A DNA stretch of 64,000 bases from Eledone cirrhosa (taxonomy: Eukaryota). Where the stretch lies: assembly GCA_964016885.1 (NCBI GenBank), contig OZ024740.1, positions 326,182,001-326,246,000 of the forward strand, given 5' to 3'. This document shows positions 36,549 through 54,535 of the stretch, piece by piece. Each line of letters starts with the position of its first letter. Within the stretch, counting starts at the first letter, position 1. The notes under the pieces are model-generated. The model saw only the letters and a list, made by a program, of their open reading frames with translations. It did no database searches and was not told the DNA's origin. A program made the position numbers and the translations under genes.

Positions 36549-38474
36549 TATAATATAAATATATATAGACCACACAGATATACTTCATGTTTTGAGTAAA
36601 TAATTGTAATTAATAAAATGAATGAAAGGAAAAATGTAATAAAATACGTAAATTCGAAATATAGAAGTCATTTACAGAAGAAATTTAAATTTGATAATTT
36701 TTAGGTTGTAAAACAAATAGAACTATGTTAGTGGAGTGGGTGTTCTCTAGCATAGCTGAAATATACTACACAGACTAGAGTGTAGGATCTGCTGCTCACT
36801 CCCTTGTTTTCCTTAAATTTCGCTCTCTTTTCCTGTTTTTTTTATCGCAAGCATTATAGAATTCAGTTGAAATTTGTTAAATGTATTTACAGATAAAAAC
36901 GAAGTAAAGCAGCTTTGAATTAAATTTTATAAAACAATATTTTACTTTGTTTCAAGGTCTATGTAGCAAACATACCTCTTGCTATGAATCAAACATACAC
37001 CTCTTGGCAGTACTCACTCGATTTCTCAAAGATCTGTTGCAGTGTGAATAAATTATTGGTTGTGCTGCATCTGGGGCAAAAACCACACTGTTCATCAGCT
37101 AACTTAGACTTGATATTGTCCCTAGATCTCTTTTGCAGATACTTAGCACACACGAGTCAGCCAAAGTCTATTTAAGCTTTTAACATCTCAGGCCGAATTT
37201 CGTCCTCACCTGCTATCTTACGACATTTGAGCTCTTTTGCAGCCTCTGAGAGATTAGTCATCTCTCCCAGATGCACCTCGTGTACATCAGAAGATGCTGT
37301 TGTGACTGGGTTCAAGACATCAGCTAAGTATTCTCTCCACTTTGCGAAGATGCATCTTTCTGAAGAGAAGAGAACCCCAGTCACTTTGCTGACAGCAAGT
37401 GTGGAGGAGGACTTCTTATTACGAAGTCGACAGATATCTGCCAGAACATTTTATTTGCTGATCTGAAGTAATATTCCAACTTAACCACAAAGTCCTCTCA
37501 TGTCTTAACTTTGGATGCTTTTACTGTCTCTGCTGTGACTTTTTGTACCTGCTTGTATCGCAAATGAAAGAAGGACTTATTTCTAAGCCAAACTTTGTAG
37601 ACATCGTTCTTTGATCTCTTGATTGTACCAAGGGGTCCTCCTGCCACCTGGCACCACACCAAGCTGTATTAAGCAGCATTTAACAGCTGAAGCAAAAACT
37701 GCTGATTTAAACAGTCTAACACTGTTTCAACATCATCAGTTTGCTCAGGGAATTTTCTGAATTTGAATGCAATTGTATCTGTATACCTTTTCTTGACTTC
37801 CTTATCCGCCTAAGCTTCCCACTTTATCCTGTAGGTCGACCTGGACCTGTCAGTTTTGTGGGCTTCCTTGGATCTAGGTAATCTCAACATGAACATCCTG
37901 CACTGAAATGACAATAACAAAATCAGTTATTGATCTTTGTCCCCAATTCCCCAAACACCATGTATATTTATGGATGTCTTTGTGCTGGAAGAAGGTGTTC
38001 ATAATAGAGAGCCCATTACTAGAACAGAAATCTTATATGGCTTCTTCATTTATATTTAGATTGGGATTGTCATTCATACCAATCACTCCTTTCCATGTCT
38101 TGTGGGCAATTGTCAACGTGTGCATTAAAGTCTCTCATTAGGACATCAAACTTAGTCATAACTTCATCTAACCCTGCAGTGCCTTCCTCCAGTAAGGAGG
38201 GGATTGTAAGTATCCCCACTCCCACCTGTGCAGTCATCTCTGGCGCCACACCTGAATGTGGAGTTACTGGTACCTGTAAGTATAGTTGCTGAAATAAGAA
38301 CAGGCTGGAAAAATTTCAGAGAACTAATATCCCTGGTGACATCAAAGGACTGACTGAATGAAACCTTCCTCCAACCCATACAAACATGGAAAAGTAGAGG
38401 TAAAAAGATGATAGTGATGTTTTACAACATATATAATGTTTCATAATCTAATGGTGTAGCTATAGTTCAATACA

Positions 38475-38784
38475 TATCATCATCATCATCATCATTTCAT
38501 TTTACGTCCGCTTTTCCCTGCTTGCAAGGGTGGGACAGGAACTGATTCTGGCTTGATTTCTACATCTGGATGCCCTTCCTAACACCAACCTCATTTACAG
38601 TGAGTGCTGGGTGCTTTTTTGCCGTGGCACCTCAACGACCACTTTGTAGTGGAATGATATGGACTGGAGCAATGTGAAATAAAGTGTCTTGCTCAAGGAA
38701 ACAACACGCACCTCGTCTGAGAATTGAACTCACAACCTTTCGATTGCAAGGCCAATGCTCTAACCACTAAGCCATGTGCCTCCA
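38475..38784 (-). mobile_element. tRNA/RTE-tail SINE, duplicated counterpart of 8383-8730 with internal deletion
   Basis: Same flanks as the unit 1 copy. Confidence 0.85.
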
Positions 38785-38980
38785 TCTATATATATAATAT
38801 TACACATCTGATGGTGGTGTAGTTTAATACGTGATTTTTTTTCATTGTTTCAGAATCTCAGCTGACAATGGCATTATAGGCTTATTTACATTAGATACAT
38901 CATCAATATTTTTTATTTTTTAAAGACTAAAGGAAGACATTATACAGAACAGATATAAAAAAAAGAATGAAAAAAGAATT

Positions 38981-41678
<2,698 letters not shown>

Positions 41679-44196
41679 TAACTACTCATATATGTATTGA
41701 TATAGAAAATGACCATTTTATTTAAAAGAATATCTTCTATAACCATAAACGTATTCACACAGCAAAGAACATACCACAATGTGTGGTAACAACCTTTGAA
41801 CACAATATTTTTATAACCACATTTATCTACATTACTGAAATAACTTATGATGCATTTAACAAAATTATTCTTTCACAATTATCCTCATCTTTTTACACCT
41901 GCTATTTCATGCTTGCATAGGTTGAATTAGGTCAGGATCAATATTTTGAGATCTGCTATCACAATTTCTGTCCAGTCTTCCTCTATTGCAGATTCTTATC
42001 ATTAGGAACTTAACCAACAGTCATCTTCTGTATGCATCACATGTCCATACTAGTGCAGTCTTCACTTTTGCATGCTTCATTTTTATTCCTCCTCATATGT
42101 GCATCCTTCATTTCTCTCCAACTTTGGCATATCCACTGTATTTACTGTCCATGTTTGACTTCGAGGCAATAACCATATTTTATACTCAGGCATACAGTCA
42201 GCCTTCTGAGAAAAACCTTTTGTTGTAAACAGAGGTAGTAACTCCCTAAACGTTTTCAGCTTGTTCTTTTCTACATACCATGCTTTCAGAGCAACTGATT
42301 CCACTGCTAATTACCTAGATCAACTAGGTAGCAAAAGCTGTCAACCACTTCTATGGAACTTTCCCTGGATTCGAAACATTTTATTTTTCTGGAGTTGTTA
42401 TTACTAATTACCCCTGTGCATCTTCGATTTGTGAGAGAAGTTGGGAGTTGTTAATGGTGAGAACACCATGCTTTGCTGTTCATGCACATTAGCATTGTAT
42501 ATCCACTGGATCATGCTTGCTTCATTTCTCTCCAGCTTTTCTCTGCATTTATGGACCATGTCTTAATGCCATGCAACATTGCACTTTACACAAAAGCCTT
42601 TCTTTCGCAGAAAAAAACTTCTTGTTCTCAATATTCTTACTCCAGCTACTATGCTCTTGGAGCACCCCCTTCTACTGCTAATCAGATCACCTAGGTAGCA
42701 GAAGCTATCAACCACTTCTATGGATCCTTCCGGGGATTGGAAAACCTTTATTTTATTGATTCTATTTTACCTTTTCTGTTAGTCTGCTTATGATCCCACT
42801 AAACCTCTTGTGTATCCAAGATTTATATGGTGTATATTACATATACACTTATTACCTAATCCTTTTCTACATATCGAGGTTATCTGCAACTGAGGTTGTC
42901 TCTAGGAGTTCCTCATAGAAGAGGTCCTTTTGTTCCTTACTTAGTGCTGCTTGTAGCGCTCATTCTATTGCCTATGACTATTCTGAGCTTGATAATTCTG
43001 TCACTTACTCTACCTTGATTACCTTATCTATCTACTTCTTATCTAGTAGAATGCCTACTCCTCTTACTTTGTTGTCATTTCCTACCCAGAAAAGCTTATA
43101 TTTATGCTTTTTGACAGTGAGTAGTCATTATGAGGCACCCCTGCATCACACATTAAACACAGCACGCATCCATTTGTATCCTCTCAAGTAACTCAACAAT
43201 TTTTCTGGATTAATGATTCAGAGTGCCTACATTGAGGGTGGCAGCCCTGAGATGTTACCTGACAGTGGTGATTCGGTCATCATTTAGTAATGTCTCTCTG
43301 TAACTGAAAGGAAATATGTGTGTGTGATTGCTTGATGAAGGTTGAGGGTTTTTTGCACATGGTTATATTGGCTACCCCACTATCATGCGTTGCACAAACA
43401 TAAGTGATATTAGTCCTGTATATGCAGTTTGAGTGAATCTTATATTCTGTGCTGTCAGTTTTTGGCCAGGTTTTTCTGGCTGGATACCCTTCCTATCACC
43501 AACCACTTTACAGCATGGACTGGGTGTATTTCATCAATCCACAGGCACTAGAGAGGTTGTCTGGCTGAACTGAAAAGTCCTCTGAGTGTCTCAGTTTTTG
43601 CAGTACTGATTTTATTCTTGTCAATGCAGCACTCAGTTGCAAATATATCCAGTGGATGTCAGAGATCCCTTCCAATGAGTTAAGTAGTGCCAATTCCAGC
43701 CAACTGATCCTACACCCGCCAAGCTTGATATCACTTCCAACCTGGCTATGCATGTCAATCCTGTTTATGAAAATTATGAACAGGAGAGCTGACAGTAGAC
43801 ACCTTTGGCAAAATCCGATACCCACATTGAAAGGTTTTAACTAAGTACCATTTATTCGAACACAAATACTAGGGCATTCGTATAGGGACATCAGGACAAG
43901 AAGCTGTCCATCGATTCCATGTTCCTGCCATAACCTTCTACAATAAGTTCTGTGAAATGCAAGGAGAGTGTTCTATACTCTCTGTATGAGTTAAAAAGGA
44001 TTTTATTTGCAGTTGTATAAATAACAGTACAAATTGCTCACAATTCTTTCAGAATAACATTACAAATATAATGTTGATAAACACAAATATAGACGCTTAA
44101 AAGAGAGAACAGAAAAAAGGGTGAAGCAAAAACAGGAACGAAAATGACCATCAATTCACCACCAATTGCGACAATCGGCAGCACATCATAAGGGTT

Positions 44197-45369
44197 CAAT
44201 AGAACACTTTGAGGCAAGCCAACACGCTCATAACATTACCACGGATGATGGCGAGGCTAAGTCACTGAAACAACCAAGCACCCTCACGGGCATCACCTGA
44301 TACCTCAGTAGGGTGAGCCGCCAGTGATGACAAGAACTTCAGCGGTCCAATTCCACCAAACGTCTCCAACACTACAGGCTGGAAAAAATAATTATTAGAT
44401 AAATCCAGGTATTTCCGAATTTTATTCTTTTCTGCAGCGGAAGCAGAGATCCACCCCACAGCTTCTATGATGTGGGAGAGAGCAAAAGAGTCACTGACTG
44501 TAGTGTCCCAGATGAGACACCTACCTCTTACCCAGGGTCAAATGGTAAGGCCGTCTAGTATCTTCCCATCACTTCTGAATAATCCAGCCGGCTCCAGAAC
44601 TGAGGGGATTTTTAACTGAGCCTAGGCACATTTAATGATCAGGCTTAGTTCGGTGTGACGCCGTTACAAACCATGTAGTCTTCGGGAGTTGAGGGACTTA
44701 CCACAGCGGCATCTCAAACCCCCACAGATATCAGCTCCCACTCAAAGTGCAATGGAGATGTGAAGGTTGTCCTGACTGAGAAGACGACTAATGTTGGCCA
44801 CAAGCAGGGCTTCAAACTAGTCCCCTGTGAACTTTGCGCTTGCAATATGCGAGTGACACCTAGAAAATTGGTTGCAGTGATTAAAGAGAGATTTAAAAGT
44901 TTCCCTCGAATGCAGAATTTCCCATACGCTGCTTCCGTCTATCCTCATCATTAACGGTAACTGAGAAACCCGGCTCTCTCCACTGAAATAAAGCTTCGTC
45001 CCTGGTGGAACTAGTTCTAGTTGGGAGGAGAGGATGTCACCCACTGAAGGGGAGCAAGCGATATTGATTTCACGTCCAACTTCGCTGTCATTTCGCTAGT
45101 GCGCATGATCAACCGGATATTGACTTCATTAGGCCACAGCCACAAAGTTACTGTAACGTAGTTATTGTTATCTACTATAACGAAAAGATTGTAGGACCGA
45201 GGGGAAAATAGAGAATACTGGTAATTATTCTCCATTCAACAATACGTTTAACCACCACTGATGTTCCATCAGTAGCTGTGATTTATGCGAGGTATTTCAT
45301 CTTAAAATTGTTTTCTTTATTCAATCGTCTTTTCTCTAATGTATCAAGACAACAATTGTTTTTAAGTTT

Positions 45370-45401
<32 letters not shown>

Positions 45402-46305
45402 AGTGAAAGTAAAAATCAACCAATCCAGTATTGGATGTTTTGTGTAAACAATGAAAGCGAAAAAAATCTTAAAATACGTAAAATATAATAGTGATTTACA
45501 GAAGAAATTTAAAGCAAATGGTTAAATTTTATTATAGGTCGAAAACAAAAACTGTAACTTAACAGTCATGACAAGAACTTCAGCGGTCCAACTCCACCAA
45601 ACGTCTCCAATACCACAGGCTGGAAAAAATAATTATTAGATAAATCTAGGTATTTCCGAATTTTGTTCCGTTCGGCAACGGAAGCTGTGACCCCCACATT
45701 TACCGCGGCGTCTATGATGTTGGAGGGAGCAAAAGAGTCACTGACTATAGCGTCCTAGATGAGACACCTACATCTTACCCATGGACAAAGGGTAAGGCCG
45801 TCTGGTCACTTCCCATTACTTCTGGATAAACCAGCTGGTTCCAGAACTGAGGAGATACCCGAACCAGGGCCCGTTTGATCAGGTTAATCTCGGTGTGGCC
45901 GGCAAAACGACCAGCATTCAGACGACAGGACAAACCATGTAGCACTGCGAAGTCGAGGGACCTACCACAGCGTTATCTCAGACCCACAACAAACGTTGGC
46001 TCCCACTCGAAGTGCAATAGAGATGTAGATCGTCTTGACTGAGAAAACGACTAATGTTGGCCACAGGCAGGGCTTCGAACCAGTACCCCGAGAATATTGC
46101 GCTTGCAGAAAGTAAGCGGCACGTAGAAAATTGATCGGAACGATCACACGGATTGTCCCATTCTCTCTGCTTCCGTCGACCTTCATCAGGAAGGGGAAGT
46201 GACAAACCCAGTCCTCGCCACTGTAGTAAAGCTTCATCCAACACCCTGGTGGAACTAATCAAAGTTGGGGAGGAGAGAATATCACCCACTAAAGGGGAAC
46301 AAGCG
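44197..46305 (-). mobile_element. Two tandem CRE-clade RLE retrotransposon 3' fragments (unit 2)
   Basis: SAAEKNKIRKY..FFQPVVLETFGGIGP..REGAWLFQ..RGN C-terminus and DGK..DGLT motif. Confidence 0.72.
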
Positions 46306-49300
46306 TGGATGGAGGAAAGAAAGCAAGGTAGAGACAAATGGTTAAATTTTATTGCAGGTCGAAAACTAAACCACCTAGACTGGAGTGTAATCGGCCGCTC
46401 CCTGTTTCTTGCATAAAATTATGATAGGTTTTTAACATAACACTTTAAAATAAACAGTTTTGTATCTTACAAATTGCAGGTGATTTGATAAGAAAAGAGA
46501 AAATGTAACCACATCAGCGGTGTATTTCAGCTGCTATATATCTAGTACTCTGTATTAGTTGGATGTACAATGAAGGTTGGTGAATGTAGATTACAATGTG
46601 ATCTTAACAGAGTTGATGGAATATGACCGTTGCCGAAGAGACCTCCGTTGTCCTACTTGGTCACGGACTACTAGTATTTTTCATCTGCAAAACAGGGAGA
46701 AGGATATTTTGCCTTCCTTTTTATGTGCTTCTCCAGAATAGCTCCTTCCTTCATGATAAATTAATATAAAAGAACGATATATTCCAAATTAGGTTTAGAG
46801 TTAACTAATTTATTTCACATTAGGGTTTAGGGTGCCTTTCCATCGGCGTTCGGGGAAACGCGTTAAATATATGTTTCTGGAAGAAAGGATAGCAATGACT
46901 GATGTTGCAGTGATCTGAAAGAGACACCATCAAGGAAATGCAAGGGAAGTAACTTCGTGTGTATGAGTTTTTTTCTTGCAACACGTTTAAATTTCAACGA
47001 AAATGGGGTTTTAGTTTATTTTTTTCCCCTGATATTTTCATTTTAAAAATTGATGAAGAATATTTATGATCTCTCTTATGCACATTTTCTCTCTCAGTTC
47101 ATTGATGTTTCATCGTTCGTGTACACCTTTATTGCAGTTCACAGGAGCATCCATATCTCATTTCTTTCCAAGCTTCGTAGGTTTTCTGCACACATGGCCA
47201 AAGTCTCACTTCCATGTAGTATTGCCGATCATATACATGTATCATACCAAATGCCGTAGTATAAGCTTTCTGAATTCTTTCCATTCAGTTCTCATTCTGG
47301 CTACTGTACTTTAAGTACATCCACCTGGCTGACAGTCCAGTCTGAAGGGGCTAACCTGTCAAAGTGTCAGCCGCTCTCTGATAGGTTTGTGGACCACACC
47401 CCTGCTTACTGTTATCGGGGCGGAGTTAGCTGGCTGCAGGTGCGAACTCCGTTCTAGCGCATCTCCATCGCGGACCTTCGGCACAATGTCTTCTCTATCC
47501 TGTCTGTCGGGAAATGAGGCAGATGACATTAAGACAGGAGTAGGGTGGCAGCCGTCAGACGAAAGGGTTAATAATGCTGACACACACAGCTATATATAGT
47601 TCAACATTATTACGATTGAATTTAATCTAGATGTAGATAAATTTTCCAGGAATAGACAATTTCTCATTTGATATCGAAACGATTTAAGCTTAGTTGTTGG
47701 ACAAATAATCCCTATAGTATGCCTGATGTAAAATGATGTTTGGTCACCCAGATAACAAAATACCAACCTTGAGCATTTGATAGAGCTTGTTTCATGTGAT
47801 CTCTGGCTGTTTACTGTTCTTGTGCATCTGCCACACACAAAGCCTACATAGCCTACATTGTTTTGCTATCCTGCCTGAGATCCTGCTACATTCTTGTGTA
47901 CTCATAATTTACATATAGCCCACAAAATGGAATTTTTCCTACTCCCTTCCTGCATATTGGGTAAGACCATTTCCCTGATGGAATCAAAGCCGTGTTTTCC
48001 TTTCTACTTACTAGAACTTTAGTGTTTGCCTTGTTGACTCCAGTTTTTACTTCAAGAATGGAATTTCTTTTTTAATTTTGCCACAGAATCAGCTATGAAG
48101 CCTAAGATCATCAGGCAGAGGGAAATAAGATGGAGCAATACAGAACATACGGTATATACTCATATATAAGCCAAGAAATATGTAACCATAGAAATGATGG
48201 TAAAATGTGGCCGGCCTATATTTGGCTCAATATTTTGCAGATTTTCACCAACTTCAAAATTGTATATGGCCTTCAAAACGGTTGGAAATTCTCAAACATA
48301 AAATAGGGGTTTGGTTTATATTCAGATCAGCTTACATTCAAATATATGTGATAAGAGCTTTTTGTTATTGCCTATAAAGTCCTTCTATACATCCGTTACC
48401 AGTGCCATGATGAAGTTCTTCCTCCAGCCCACCCTGTCAAGCATTGCTGTCTGTTTCCAACCTGGTGTCATCGTCAAGAACATCCTTCAGTGTGGTAGTT
48501 GTTCTCCCAACTCGTCTGCACACATCAGATTCTGTATGCTGACAACCTGGTTCTTTTTTCTGAATCTAAAAAAAAAAAGAGTACAAATTCTTACTGTGGA
48601 AATAGAACTTAGAATTAAAAGGATTCAGAGTAAACTTAGCAAAGACCAAAGTTTTACTAAGTAGGAAATAAAGGCAGGACTTCAGCCTTATCAGGGAAAT
48701 GGTCATGCTCGGTTTGTAGAAAAGGATGAGGTTGGAACTCTATACAGTGTACACAATGTAAAACATATGTGCACAAGAGATGTAGTGAGATAGTAAGCAG
48801 ACTAACAGAAAAGGTAGACTTTGTAGGTAATGAGCCTTGTATGAGGCCCAGTGTAATGAACTTTCAAATCTTAGGAAAGCTCCAAACAAATATTTAATAG
48901 CTTTTGCTACTTAGGTGATTGAATTAGCAATGGAGGAGGTTGCTCTGAAAGTATAATTGCTGGAAAAAGTTCAGTGAACTACTGCCTCTGTTGATAACAA
49001 AATGTTTCTCTATATGAACAAAAGACTAACTGTTTGAAACCTGTATCCAATCCATACAAACAGAAAAAGATGATGGTGATCTTATACAACTTGTATCTAT
49101 CACTTGAGTTTAGCATTATATAAGGTTATAAAATCTGAAGGTGTAACTATAGTTTAATATCATCATCATCATCACATCCACTTATCTGAATGTGTATTTG
49201 TAGCTTAATATATATATATATGATGTTACTCGATCTGAAGGTTTAAATATAATTTAACATATGTATAATTGTTTCTACTTTAGACACAAGGTCAGCAATT

Positions 49301-50209
49301 TGGGGGAGGGGAAAGTTGATTAAATCAATCCCAGTACATTCCTGGTGCTTTATTTTATCAACCCCGTGAGGATGAAAGGCAAAGTTAACAATAGCAGTAT
49401 TTGAACTCAGAATGTAAAGGGCCATAACTCTATGCTGCAAAGGATGGTGTCCGATACTGCCAATCTGAAGGTATCTGTAGTTTAACATATATATGTAATA
49501 CAATTTGAAGGTGTAGCTGTAATTTAACATGTATATAGTATAACATAATCTGAATGTATTTATAGTTTAGCCCTTAAGCATTTAAACCTGCCATCTCCGG
49601 CCAGAATTCTCTCGCCTCTTTCTGTTCAAATCCTCCGTAACCGGCTGCTTATCCAATATTAATGTATTGTTCTCAAAATAAATGACATCAACATCTCATA
49701 GATTCGATATTATGTGAGATAAAGCTTTTACCACGAATATGCAATTGTAATTATAGAGTAATGTATATGCTAAATGGTTAACTATATATGTATATCTCAC
49801 AATCTGAAGGTGTTTCTGTAGGTTAACATATATGTATGTCACATAATCTTAAGATGTGGCTGTAGGTTAATATATATATGTTACACAATCTGAAAGTGTA
49901 GCTATAGTTTAATATATGATGGTGTAGTTGTAGTTTAATATATATATATGTGTGTTTGTGTTATACAATGTGAAGATAAATTTTACATCTATGGTTTATC
50001 AATATACAAATGTAGTAAAGATCCCACTGTTCATTTTCTACATTTTAAATATTCTCAGTATCTTATACTGTTCTTTTTAAATTATTATTTCAGAATCTCA
50101 CATGACATTGACATTAAACAATTCTTTACATTAGATACATCATCAATATTTATCATCTTTTGAAGACTAAAGAAAGACATACAGAACAGAAACGAGTGAA
50201 GAAAAAATT

Positions 50210-52741
50210 ATGGAAAACAAAATATGGGAGGAAAAGATTGAAATTAAGATAGAGCCAGAAAGCAATGATTTTCCTGGTGAGGTATTGAAAGAGACAGGAA
50301 AAGCATTGTATCCTTGTGATATCTCTGATAAATCATTCTCCAAAGAATATCAACTAACTTCTCACAAATCTATTCCTACAGGAGAGAAGCTATACCACTG
50401 TGATATCTGTGGTAAATCTTTTTCTACAAATGCTATCCTAATTTTACACAAATGTGTTCATACAGGAGAGAAGCCATATCACTGTGATATCTGTGGCCAA
50501 TCATTCTCTCATAAACAGAGCTTAACTGTACATAAACATACTCATACAGGAGAGAAGCCATATCACTGTGATATTTGTGGTAAATCATTCTCACAAGGAA
50601 GACACCTAATTAGACACAAGCGCATTCACACTGGAGAGAAGCCATATCAGTGTGATATTTGTGGTAAATCATTCTCTGATAGAAATCAGCTAAATAGACA
50701 CCGAAGCATTCACACAGGGGAGAAGCCCTATCACTGTGTCATCTGTGGTAAATCATTTGCCCGAAAGTTTCACTTGTCATTTCACCAAAGCATTCATACT
50801 GGCATAAAACCACATCGTTGTAATATCTGTAGTAGATCATTCTCTCGAAAAGCAGATTTAACTAAACATAAACAATGGCATACAGGAGAGAAGCAATATC
50901 ACTGTGACATTTGTGGTAAATCATGCTTTCAAAGTAGTGAGTTAATTATACACAAACGTATTCATACAGGAGAGAGGCCATATCACTGTGATATCTGTAA
51001 TCAATCATTCTCTACAAATGGAGGTTTAACTAAACACAGACGCACTCATACAGGAGAGAAGCCATATCACTGCGATATTTGTGGTAAATTTTTCACACGA
51101 AGAACTCACTTAACAATTCATACAGGCATAAAACCATATCACTGTGATATTTGTGGTAAATCATTCTCTCGAAATGCCGACTTGACTAAACATGAACAAT
51201 TGCATGTAGGTGTGAAACCATATCACTGTGACATCAGTGATGAATATTTTTTTCAAAGTAGCGACTTGACTAGACACAAACGCATTCATATACCAGAAAA
51301 GCCATATCACTGTGATATTTGTGGTAAATCTTTCCCTCAAAATGATGCATTAACTAGACACAAATGCATTCAAATAGGTGTAAAACCCTATTGCTGTAAT
51401 ATCTGTGGTAAATCATTCTCTACATGTGGAGACTTAACTAAGCATAAAAAGGTTCACTCAGGAGAAAAGCCATATCACTGTGACATCTGTGGTAAATCAT
51501 TCTCTAGAAGTAATGTCTTAACTATACACAAGCGTATTCATACAGGAGAGAAACCATATCACTGTGTGGTCTGTGGTAAATCATTCTCTACAAATGGAGC
51601 TTTAACTAAACACAAGCATGTTGATACAGGAGAGAAGCTATATATTAGTGACATCTGTAGTAAATCATTATCTGAAAGAGATAACTTAACTTCTCACAAT
51701 CATATTCATACAGATGAGAAGTTACATCATTGTGATATCTGTGGGAAATCATTCTCTCAAAATAATACATTAACTCGACACAAAAGTATTCATACACAAC
51801 AGAAGCCATATCACTGTAATATCTGTGGGAAATCATTCTCTCGAAATGATGCGTTAACTCAACACAAAAGTATTCATACTGGAGGACAGCCATATCAATG
51901 TGATATTTGTGATAAAACATTCTCTGAAGCAAGCAGGTTAACTAAACACAAACTTATTCATACAGAAGAGGAGCCATTTCACTGTGATATCTGCAGTAAA
52001 TCATTTTCTCAGAATGGAGAATTAACTAAACACAAGCAGGTTCATAGAGGAGAGAAGCCATTTCGTTGTGATATCTGTGGTAAATCTTTTTCTACAAATG
52101 GAAATTTAAATGAACACAAGCATCTTCATACAGGAGAGAGGCCATATCACTGTGATATCTGTGGGAAATCATTCTCTACAAAGGGAGGCTTAACTAAACA
52201 CAAGCATCTTCACACAGTAGAGAAGCCATATCACTGTGATATTTGTGATAAATCATTCTCTCGAGATAAAAATTTAACAAGACACAAACAATTGCATACA
52301 GGGGAGAAGTTATATCACTGTGACATCTGTGATAAATCATTCTTTCAAAATAGTGACTTAACTTCTCATAAACGTGTTCATACAAGAGATAAGTTGTATC
52401 TCTGTGATATCTGTGGTCAGTCATTCTGTCATAAAAATTCCTTAAATAGACACAAACGCACTCATACAGGTGAGAAGCCATATCGTTGTGATATCTGTGG
52501 TAAATCTTTCACTGATAATAGTCCTTTAACAAAGCATATACGCACACATACAGGAGAGAAGCCATATCGCTGTGACATCTGTGGTAAATCTTTCTCTCGG
52601 AGTGGGGACTTAACTTTGCACATACGTACACATACTGGAGAGAAACCTTATCATTGTACAATTTGTGGTAAATCATTCTCTACAAATGGATCCTTAACGT
52701 CTCACAAACGTGTTCATACAGGAGAAAAGTCATATCTCTGA
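50210..52741 (+). CDS. C2H2 zinc-finger protein B2, 843 aa, 29 finger units (several degenerate)
   Basis: Uninterrupted ORF: 33-aa leader + 29x28 aa - 4 aa + 2 aa = 843. Candidate acceptor TTTCAG at 50088-50093. Confidence 0.95.
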   Translation: MENKIWEEKIEIKIEPESNDFPGEVLKETGKALYPCDISDKSFSKEYQLTSHKSIPTGEKLYHCDICGKSFSTNAILILHKCVHTGEKPYHCDICGQSFSHKQSLTVHKHTHTGEKPYHCDICGKSFSQGRHLIRHKRIHTGEKPYQCDICGKSFSDRNQLNRHRSIHTGEKPYHCVICGKSFARKFHLSFHQSIHTGIKPHRCNICSRSFSRKADLTKHKQWHTGEKQYHCDICGKSCFQSSELIIHKRIHTGERPYHCDICNQSFSTNGGLTKHRRTHTGEKPYHCDICGKFFTRRTHLTIHTGIKPYHCDICGKSFSRNADLTKHEQLHVGVKPYHCDISDEYFFQSSDLTRHKRIHIPEKPYHCDICGKSFPQNDALTRHKCIQIGVKPYCCNICGKSFSTCGDLTKHKKVHSGEKPYHCDICGKSFSRSNVLTIHKRIHTGEKPYHCVVCGKSFSTNGALTKHKHVDTGEKLYISDICSKSLSERDNLTSHNHIHTDEKLHHCDICGKSFSQNNTLTRHKSIHTQQKPYHCNICGKSFSRNDALTQHKSIHTGGQPYQCDICDKTFSEASRLTKHKLIHTEEEPFHCDICSKSFSQNGELTKHKQVHRGEKPFRCDICGKSFSTNGNLNEHKHLHTGERPYHCDICGKSFSTKGGLTKHKHLHTVEKPYHCDICDKSFSRDKNLTRHKQLHTGEKLYHCDICDKSFFQNSDLTSHKRVHTRDKLYLCDICGQSFCHKNSLNRHKRTHTGEKPYRCDICGKSFTDNSPLTKHIRTHTGEKPYRCDICGKSFSRSGDLTLHIRTHTGEKPYHCTICGKSFSTNGSLTSHKRVHTGEKSYL

Positions 52742-53321
52742 TCTATTTGGTAAATCATTCTGTAAAAAAATTATCCTAACTACCCTTATATGTATTGATA
52801 TAGGAGAGTAACCATATCAAGTCATTCTAATAAAAAAAATATCTTATGAATGTATTCACACAGCAAAGAACATATTACAATGTTTGGTAACAATCTTTGA
52901 ACACTATATTTTATATAACCACATTTATCTACATTACTGAAATAACTTATGATGTTTTTAATAAAATTATTCTTTCACACATAGCATTATCGTCATTATT
53001 ATTTTACTAGTGGGTAATTGCTGGCCTTGTGCCTAAAGTAGAAACAATTAATTTACGAGTGCTTTTTCATTTTTGCGTAAGTTGAATAATTCTTCTCCAG
53101 CACAGCTTTCCTCCACCTACTGTATTTTTTCTTGAAATCTACTATCACTACTTCCCAGGTTTTCCTAGGCCTTCCTCTACTGCAAATTCCTTTCATTGGG
53201 AACTTCTGGCACATCTTCACCTAACTATGATTGTCAGTATGCATCACATTGCCAAACCAGTGTGGTCTTGTCTTTTGTACACTACATTTGATTCCTCTTA
53301 TATTCAAAGTTACTTATTACT

Positions 53322-54535
53322 TCTATTTAGCTCCTATTTCTAGCACATCTATGGACCTTCATGAGGTGCCCCCCACCCTCCTCTTTAGCTGCTTTTTCTA
53401 GCACACCTATGGAGCACTATGAGGTTCCTGCTATTTCTAGCAGACCTATGAACCACCATGTGATTTCCCTATTTAGCTGATATTTCCTACGAAAGAGCAG
53501 CTACGTCAGCTTAACAGGGGGTAATCTCATGGTGAACTATAATTGGACTAGAAATAGCAGCTGAACTATGGAAAATCTCATAGAGGTCAATAGGTGAGCG
53601 AAATATAGCAGCTAAAAACAGGGAACCACAGAATTGGTAATAGGAGTGCTAGAAATAGCAGCTAAATGGGGGAAGCCACATAGTGGTCTAAAGGTGTGCT
53701 AGAAATAGCAGCTAAGTAAGTGGACCACATGGTGATCCATGAGTGTGCAAGAAATAGCAGCTAAAGAGGAGGAACTTCACGGTGGACCTTAGGTGTGCTA
53801 GAAATAGCTAAATCGGGGGAACATTATAGTGGTCCATAAGTGTGCTAGAAAATGCAGCTCAATAGGGGGTACTTCATAGTGGTCCATAGGTATGCTACAA
53901 ATAGCAGCTAAATAGGGAGCAAAATATAGCGGTGAATAAGTTTGCTAGAAATAGCAACTAAAAAGTGGGAACCACATGGAAATAGAAACTACATCATCTA
54001 AAGAGGGGGGACCTCATGGTGGTCTATAGGTGTGCTACAAATACCAGCAAAAAGGGGGGAACCACGGAATGGTCTATAGGTTTGCTACAAATAGCAGCTA
54101 AATAAAGGGAACCTCGTGATAGTCCAAACGTATGCAAGAAAAAGCAGTTAAATAGGTGGAACCACATGATGGTCTAAAGGTGTGGTAGAAAAAGCAGCTG
54201 AATTGTGGAAACATCATCGTTGTCTATAAGTGTGCTAGAAGCAGCAGCTAAATAGAGGGGAAACTCATGATGGTCCATATGTGTGTTAGAAATAGCAGCT
54301 AAATAGGGTATCACATGGTGGTACATAGTTTGCTAGAAATAGCAGCTAAATAGGAGAAATCTTATGGTAGTCCTGAGGTATACTAGAAATTGCAGCTAAT
54401 TAGGGGGAACATCATGGTGGTCCAAAGATGTGCTACAAATAGCAGCTACATCAGCTAAATAGGGGAAACTTCATGGCAGTCCATAGCACCTAAATAAGGG
54501 GATCCTGATGGTGGTCCGTAGTAGGTGTGCTAGAA
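53322..54535. repeat. ~50-bp satellite with inverted first block (unit 2 copy)
   Basis: Same units and same orientation switch (~53490) as 20370-21805. Confidence 0.9.
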
